DNA from: Thiohalomonadales bacterium
GTDB taxonomy: Bacteria; Pseudomonadota; Gammaproteobacteria; UBA6429; Thiohalophilaceae
DNA length: 64,000 nt
Assembly (NCBI GenBank): GCA_040235565.1
Contig: JBECLA010000043.1
Span: 4,687-68,686 of the forward strand
Direction of reading: 5' to 3'
Positions 59,301 through 64,000 of the stretch are shown piece by piece (position 1 is the first letter of the stretch; each line of letters starts with the position of its first letter). A program made the position numbers and the translations under genes. Under the pieces are notes generated by a model, which saw only the letters and a list, made by a program, of their open reading frames with translations, was not told the origin of the DNA and made no database searches.

Positions 59301-60468
59301 CAACCCGGCCCAGATCGATCTCCGGCCGGGTCTCGAGACGCCAGCCCCGGGTCATGCTACCGGTAATTTTGTCGTGCAGGGTATAGCCCTGACCGTTGAA
59401 GTCGAGCCACAGGGTACGATGCAGGCTGAGTTTGTCGGGTTCGGGTTCCGGATCGCCGCGCCGAATCACTTTAAATTGCAGCGTGTCATCGGGATGCATC
59501 AGGTATGCCGGCAAGGATTGCCAGGCTTCAGGGAGACTGGTCTGGCGCGGATCAACACTGACACCCTCCACCTCGACCAGGCGTAAATGATTGCGGGCAG
59601 CGAAGACCCAGACTTCCTGTTGTGGCCAGGGAGCCGCTGCAGCTGGCAGTGACAGGCTGGTGGTCTCTCCCGGCTGGCGTGCTTCCAGCTCGATCGCCCA
59701 GCTGCCGGGGCGCAGCTGCACCCGCAGGTGACCATCCGGTTCCAGTCGCGCCGGCAGGCGACTGGTGAGACGCATGGGTATCATGTCCGGCAGCAGGGCC
59801 GGTCCCAGCACTACTTCCCGCTGGGCACCGGCCACATCCAGTTGCAATCGGCTCACCACCCGTAGCGGCATCTCATCGATGACCTGGCGAAATACCTGCA
59901 GTTCGAGCTTGTCACCTTCGCCCGCACCTTTCTTGCCGGTATCCCGTTCGCGTAACCAGAGTCGGCCGTTTCGGGCCAGATCGGGAAACTGCACCGGCTG
60001 GTTGTTCACGCTCAATGACACCAGCCCGGTCTCGGGTGGAATCTGCAGGGCTTCCGGCAGATTGTCCCAGACAAATTCACCACTGATGCGATAACGCCCC
60101 GGCTCGAGGCGGATGGCAGGACGTTGCTGCCGCGCTATCACCAGTGCAGGTTGTTCATTGAGCCTGACTGCCTGCGGCCAGTGTTGCTCATCCCCTGGCA
60201 GCATGATCCATGTTTCCTGGTACACCTGCCACTGCTGGGTGAACCGGCCCCGCGTGTTAGTCAATGCCAGTGATAATTCACTTGGCCAGGCACAGGTACG
60301 CTGCCTGTGGCTGGAATAAACAAAGGGACATTGATAGTCCGACTCGCCATACAACACCCACTTGGTCCAGGGCTGCAACGGCTCGGGCACATCTTCGGGG
60401 GCAAGCGGCTGAGCGACAACACCGGACTGAAATAGCAGCAGAAAAAGCAAACCCGTGAGACATTTCAT
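56350..60468 (-). CDS. Very large (~1372 aa) internally duplicated polytopic membrane protein of unknown function
   Basis: Signal peptide MKCLTGLLFLLLFQSGVVA when started at ATG 60468. Layout: ~470-aa soluble region, 4 TM cluster, charged linker, TM helices, a second ~470-aa soluble region, then a C-terminal 5 TM cluster. High GC. No catalytic motif recognised. Confidence 0.75.
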   Translation of the reverse strand: MKCLTGLLFLLLFQSGVVAQPLAPEDVPEPLQPWTKWVLYGESDYQCPFVYSSHRQRTCAWPSELSLALTNTRGRFTQQWQVYQETWIMLPGDEQHWPQAVRLNEQPALVIARQQRPAIRLEPGRYRISGEFVWDNLPEALQIPPETGLVSLSVNNQPVQFPDLARNGRLWLRERDTGKKGAGEGDKLELQVFRQVIDEMPLRVVSRLQLDVAGAQREVVLGPALLPDMIPMRLTSRLPARLEPDGHLRVQLRPGSWAIELEARQPGETTSLSLPAAAAPWPQQEVWVFAARNHLRLVEVEGVSVDPRQTSLPEAWQSLPAYLMHPDDTLQFKVIRRGDPEPEPDKLSLHRTLWLDFNGQGYTLHDKITGSMTRGWRLETRPEIDLGRVDIDGVPQFITHLPGATRKGVEVRRGAINLSADSRYTAQLGRIPATGWDQDFHRVTAELNLPPGWLLFSASGVDNVPQTWLQRWTLLDLFMVLILSLAILRLWNWRWGLLALTTLTLVWHQPLAPQFVWVNVLIAIALLRVVPSGNFHRVVIWYRNLSLLGLALIVIPFAVQQVRLGLYPQLERPWQSMTPTTLAVSSAAPRRKAEAMQEAEAPREAKKMRPDLERLDAYSSYDKGMDLTQIDPGANVQTGPGLPQWQWTRIPLSWNGPVERQQQVGLVLLPPIVNMLLNFLRVGLVILLGGLMFGVMLQRGKGMRFSNPFSSSTAILLCGLIGLLGNGPQTADAAEPLPNDTTPPPELLQQLKQRLLAAPECLPTCAQSPRMRLVITPDRLSLRLEIHAQQQVAVPLPSHAQHWMPSRVLVDGQPAQSLTRAPGNGLWLGLAPGRHQVELTGRVPPRTDFALPLPLTPHYVRVEAEGWSVEGVHENGQVDPQLQLTRIRADGEPPHQVTLEPGALPPFVRVERTLHLGLEWHVETRVVRASPPGSPVVLEIPLLAGESPISPEGVRVKQNRVLVNMASDQSVYRWMSVLDRQTDISLTAPDLTDWLEVWRVNVSPVWHMQAEGVPVVHHQDQQQNWLPEWRPWPGESVTLAITKPEGIDGKTLTIDDSQLHLKPGKRATDATLDFSLRSSQGGQHTLQLPASARLQSVSINGVTQPIRQQGNSVTLPVVPGKQSISLSWRLPQGITSLYRNAAVDLGSNSTNATIRMNLGQDRWLIFTGGPRMGPAVLFWGVLIVLLLIALGLGRVPLTPLKSWQWLLLGIGLSQVSLFMAAFIVIWLMLLGVRCRLEKLPTPFLFDSMQIGLVVMTLFALAFLFIAVEQGLLGTPEMHVSGNQSSAYELNWYQDRSAAHLPQPWVLSMPLLVYRLLMLAWALWLAVSLLRWLRWGWQCFTTTAIWQHLEVKRRKPRRGQAPEQASAPPTENK

Positions 60469-60853
60469 TCTGGTTGATCTCTTTTTGTTATTCGAGGTAA
60501 TGCAACATGTGAACCACCGGTTGAAAAAGTTATCGCCACGACAACGAATAACATCCATGCACTTTTCTGTTAAGCCGATACGCGGCCCTATCAACTGGAG
60601 TTAAGATGTAAACGGAACAAAGGGAACGCGCTGTCCGGTAAGACACGCAGCAGCACGCATGCCAATCCCGGTTGCCTATGGTCTGCACAAATGCACTGAC
60701 TCGAAGACAGGCAGTACGCATGACGACAAGTTGTCGCAAGAATACGGCTTCACCCATGTCCCTGGTGGTTTATATTCAGGTTACGGGCAAAGCCTAGCCC
60801 CGTTGCAGATGAACCGCAACGGTAAAGTCTGGCAAAAATAGTTGCTGGATTTA

Positions 60854-61057
60854 TTAAACGGGTTGTACGTTGGTAGCCTGCATACCTTTCGGACCTTTCT
60901 CGGCCTCGTAGGTAACAGCCTGACCTTCACTCAAGGTCTTGTAACCACTACTTTGAATTGCGGAATAATGTACGAATACATCTTCACTACCGTCTTCCGG
61001 TGCAATAAAACCGAACCCTTTGGAATTGTTGAACCATTTGACCGTGCCGTTCAGCAT
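60854..61057 (-). CDS. Cold-shock protein (CspA family)
   Basis: [15 protein letters not shown] (RNP1) and VFVHYSAI (RNP2); 67 aa. Confidence 0.93.
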   Translation of the reverse strand: MLNGTVKWFNNSKGFGFIAPEDGSEDVFVHYSAIQSSGYKTLSEGQAVTYEAEKGPKGMQATNVQPV

Positions 61058-61319
61058 GTCTCCACCCTCGTGTATCGCTTATTGGAAATGTTACAGTTAC
61101 TGCCTTCCAGTAGGGGAAGTTGCTTTGAAAGTCTGATGAACTTCGTAAACTTACCACTGCTTGAAAAACAATACTTGACAGTATAGCCAAACAATTATGT
61201 GAATGAACTGTTTTTTATGAACTTTTTTTAAAATCCTGGCGTTATATTATGAGATTATTACCATTCTTTAATATTGCCCACTGGCGCATGGTTATTCTCC
61301 TGACCAATAATGTCCCGCT

Positions 61320-62045
61320 ATGACATCCCAACGAATCGAAGCATTTAATCTTGCACCGGGCCGCATCCTGGCGCGTAAATATGAAGTGCTCGGTCTGCTC
61401 GGCGCCGGTTGGGAAGGTGAGGTTTATCTGATTCGGGAAGTCGCCACCGGTATCGAACGCACTGCCAAACTGTTTTTTCCACAGCGCAACATCCGCGACA
61501 AGAATGCCCTGTTCTATGCCAAGAAGCTGCACAAGCTCCGCCATTGCCCCATCGTGATTCAATACAGCGCGCGTGACAGTATCACGGTCAAGGGTGATCC
61601 CGTAACGATACTGATTTCAGAATATGTGGAAGGGGAATTACTGAGCCAGTTCATTGCGCGCCAGAAAGGCAAGCGCTTGACGGCGTTCCAGTCCCTGCAC
61701 CTGTTACATGCGTTGGCCTGCGGAATGCAAAATATTCATGACATAGGGGAATACCATGGCGACCTTCACTCCGACAATATCATCGTACAACGCTATGGTC
61801 TCAAGTTTGAACTGAAGCTGGTGGATCTGTTTCACCTTGGGGCACCCAAGAAGGAATTGATCCACACCGACACGGTGGACATGATTCATATCCTGTATGA
61901 AGCATTGGGTGGTCAGAAATTTTACGCCCAGCAACCCGCGGAAATTAAGGCCATCATCAACGGCTTGAAGCGTTCCCTGATTTTGAAAAAGTTCAAAACC
62001 GCGGGTGAACTGCGCCGTTACCTCGAAACCATGCAGTGGGACTAA
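61320..62045 (+). CDS. Minimal protein-kinase-like protein (241 aa)
   Basis: Gly-rich loop LGAGWEGEVY, a candidate VAIK-type lysine in TAKLF, catalytic loop HGDLHSDNIIV, and DLF in place of DFG. No obvious APE/activation segment. Confidence 0.75.
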   Translation: MTSQRIEAFNLAPGRILARKYEVLGLLGAGWEGEVYLIREVATGIERTAKLFFPQRNIRDKNALFYAKKLHKLRHCPIVIQYSARDSITVKGDPVTILISEYVEGELLSQFIARQKGKRLTAFQSLHLLHALACGMQNIHDIGEYHGDLHSDNIIVQRYGLKFELKLVDLFHLGAPKKELIHTDTVDMIHILYEALGGQKFYAQQPAEIKAIINGLKRSLILKKFKTAGELRRYLETMQWD

Positions 62046-62071
62046 TCCGTTTTTTTTGGTAGTAGCCGTTA

Positions 62072-62890
62072 ATGGATATCACTCTGAAGAAACCGCAAAG
62101 CTATTCACAGGCTGATTTTGACCAGCCGAAGTCATCCCGCTTTCTGGGTGGTGAGGCCACGTTGTTCACTGCACGGGCGCCGGACAAGACCACCCCCAAT
62201 GAAGACTGCCTGGGACTCCTCCCTTTTGATGCCGACAGTGGCGTCTTGATAGTGGCAGATGGACTGGGTGGCTTACCCGCCGGCTCGACCGCTTCGCAAC
62301 TGGCCATAGACATCATGTCTGAGGTGCTAACAGAGGCTGCCGCAAGTGAAACGCCGTTACGCGATGCCATTCTGAATGGTATCGAACAAGCCAACCAGGC
62401 CATCCTGGCCCAGGCCAGTGGCATGGCCACCACCCTGGCGGTGGTGGAAATTCAGGGCCAGACCATCCGGCATTACCACGTCGGGGATGCGATGATCATG
62501 GTCAGCGGCCAGCGGGGTAAGGTCAAAGCCTATACCGTGTCCCATTCTCCGGTAGGGTACGCCGTGGAAGCCGGCATGCTGGATGTGGATGAAGCAGTAC
62601 ACCATGAAGAACGCCATCTTGTCTCCAACGTCGTCGGGGCGACGGACATGCATATCAGCATCGGCAGCAGCCTGCAGCTGGCGCGGCGCGATACATTGTT
62701 GCTGGCGAGTGACGGGTTGTTTGACAATCTTTATCGCGAGGAAATCGTGGAACTGATCCGCAAAGGCCCGTTGTCGGCAGCGGCGAGGCAACTGGTGACA
62801 CGATGCCATGAGCGCATGCAGCATCCCCGGCCCGGTCTGCCGTCGCACGCTGATGATCTGAGTTTTATCCTGTTTCGGCTGAATGCCTGA
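62072..62890 (+). CDS. PP2C-family Ser/Thr protein phosphatase
   Basis: Motifs NEDC, VADGLGG and LLASDGLFD; 272 aa; 26 nt downstream of the kinase-like gene. Confidence 0.88.
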   Translation: MDITLKKPQSYSQADFDQPKSSRFLGGEATLFTARAPDKTTPNEDCLGLLPFDADSGVLIVADGLGGLPAGSTASQLAIDIMSEVLTEAAASETPLRDAILNGIEQANQAILAQASGMATTLAVVEIQGQTIRHYHVGDAMIMVSGQRGKVKAYTVSHSPVGYAVEAGMLDVDEAVHHEERHLVSNVVGATDMHISIGSSLQLARRDTLLLASDGLFDNLYREEIVELIRKGPLSAAARQLVTRCHERMQHPRPGLPSHADDLSFILFRLNA

Positions 62891-62897
62891 TAAAAAA

Positions 62898-62919
62898 ACA
62901 CCGGGCTAAGACCCGGTGT
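62898..62919. terminator. Shared hairpin between convergent PP2C gene and thiC
   Basis: acaccggg-ctaaga-cccggtgt preceded by aaaaaaa, which gives a T-tract when read on the minus strand. Confidence 0.6.
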
Positions 62920-62945
62920 GTTCGTCGCTATTGATACGCGGACTG

Positions 62946-64000
<1,055 letters not shown>

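Noticed and set aside
60595-60853. Small ORFs (60659-60841 plus strand, 60530-60757 minus strand) between the large membrane protein gene and the cold-shock gene.
   Set aside because: They have no SD and no motifs, and their composition looks non-coding. The region is more likely the promoter/leader of the large gene plus the csp terminator region.

Overview
This 64-kb segment looks like core chromosome of a Gammaproteobacteria-like organism. That placement is my inference from gene content and order: tyrS / M23 peptidase / anmK, erpA-argC, thiD-thiE-hemL, ubiX-mpl, rnd, moaC / moaDE, mutH, yqjG-doxX-lysR. I call about 62 protein-coding genes at high coding density. I found no rRNA, tRNA, CRISPR array, transposase, integrase or phage gene.

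Besides housekeeping genes, the window has a four-gene sucrose cluster (sps-spp-fructokinase-sucrose synthase). It also has three c-di-GMP/sensor proteins, a TetR-led redox operon and a small low-GC patch of unrelated small genes.

I did not find a convincing multi-gene defence system or other clearly new system. The observations most worth follow-up are:
1. Two decayed tandem relics of the tyrS 3-prime end lie just downstream of the intact gene, interleaved with a GACGAG-rich repeat.
2. The same ~30-nt repeat family forms a MITE-like inverted-repeat element between a phosphoesterase gene and moaE. There it supplies the C-terminus and stop codon of the phosphoesterase.
3. An adenylate kinase is fused to an ~85-aa lysine/alanine-rich, histone-H1-like tail, and a second tail-less adk paralog is also present.
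4. An orphan ~1372-aa internally duplicated polytopic membrane protein has no family I can name.
5. A low-GC run of small same-strand genes has one attC-like junction.
6. A minimal (241 aa) protein-kinase-like gene is paired with a PP2C phosphatase.

All family assignments come from reading the translated ORFs and recognising motifs. No database search was run.
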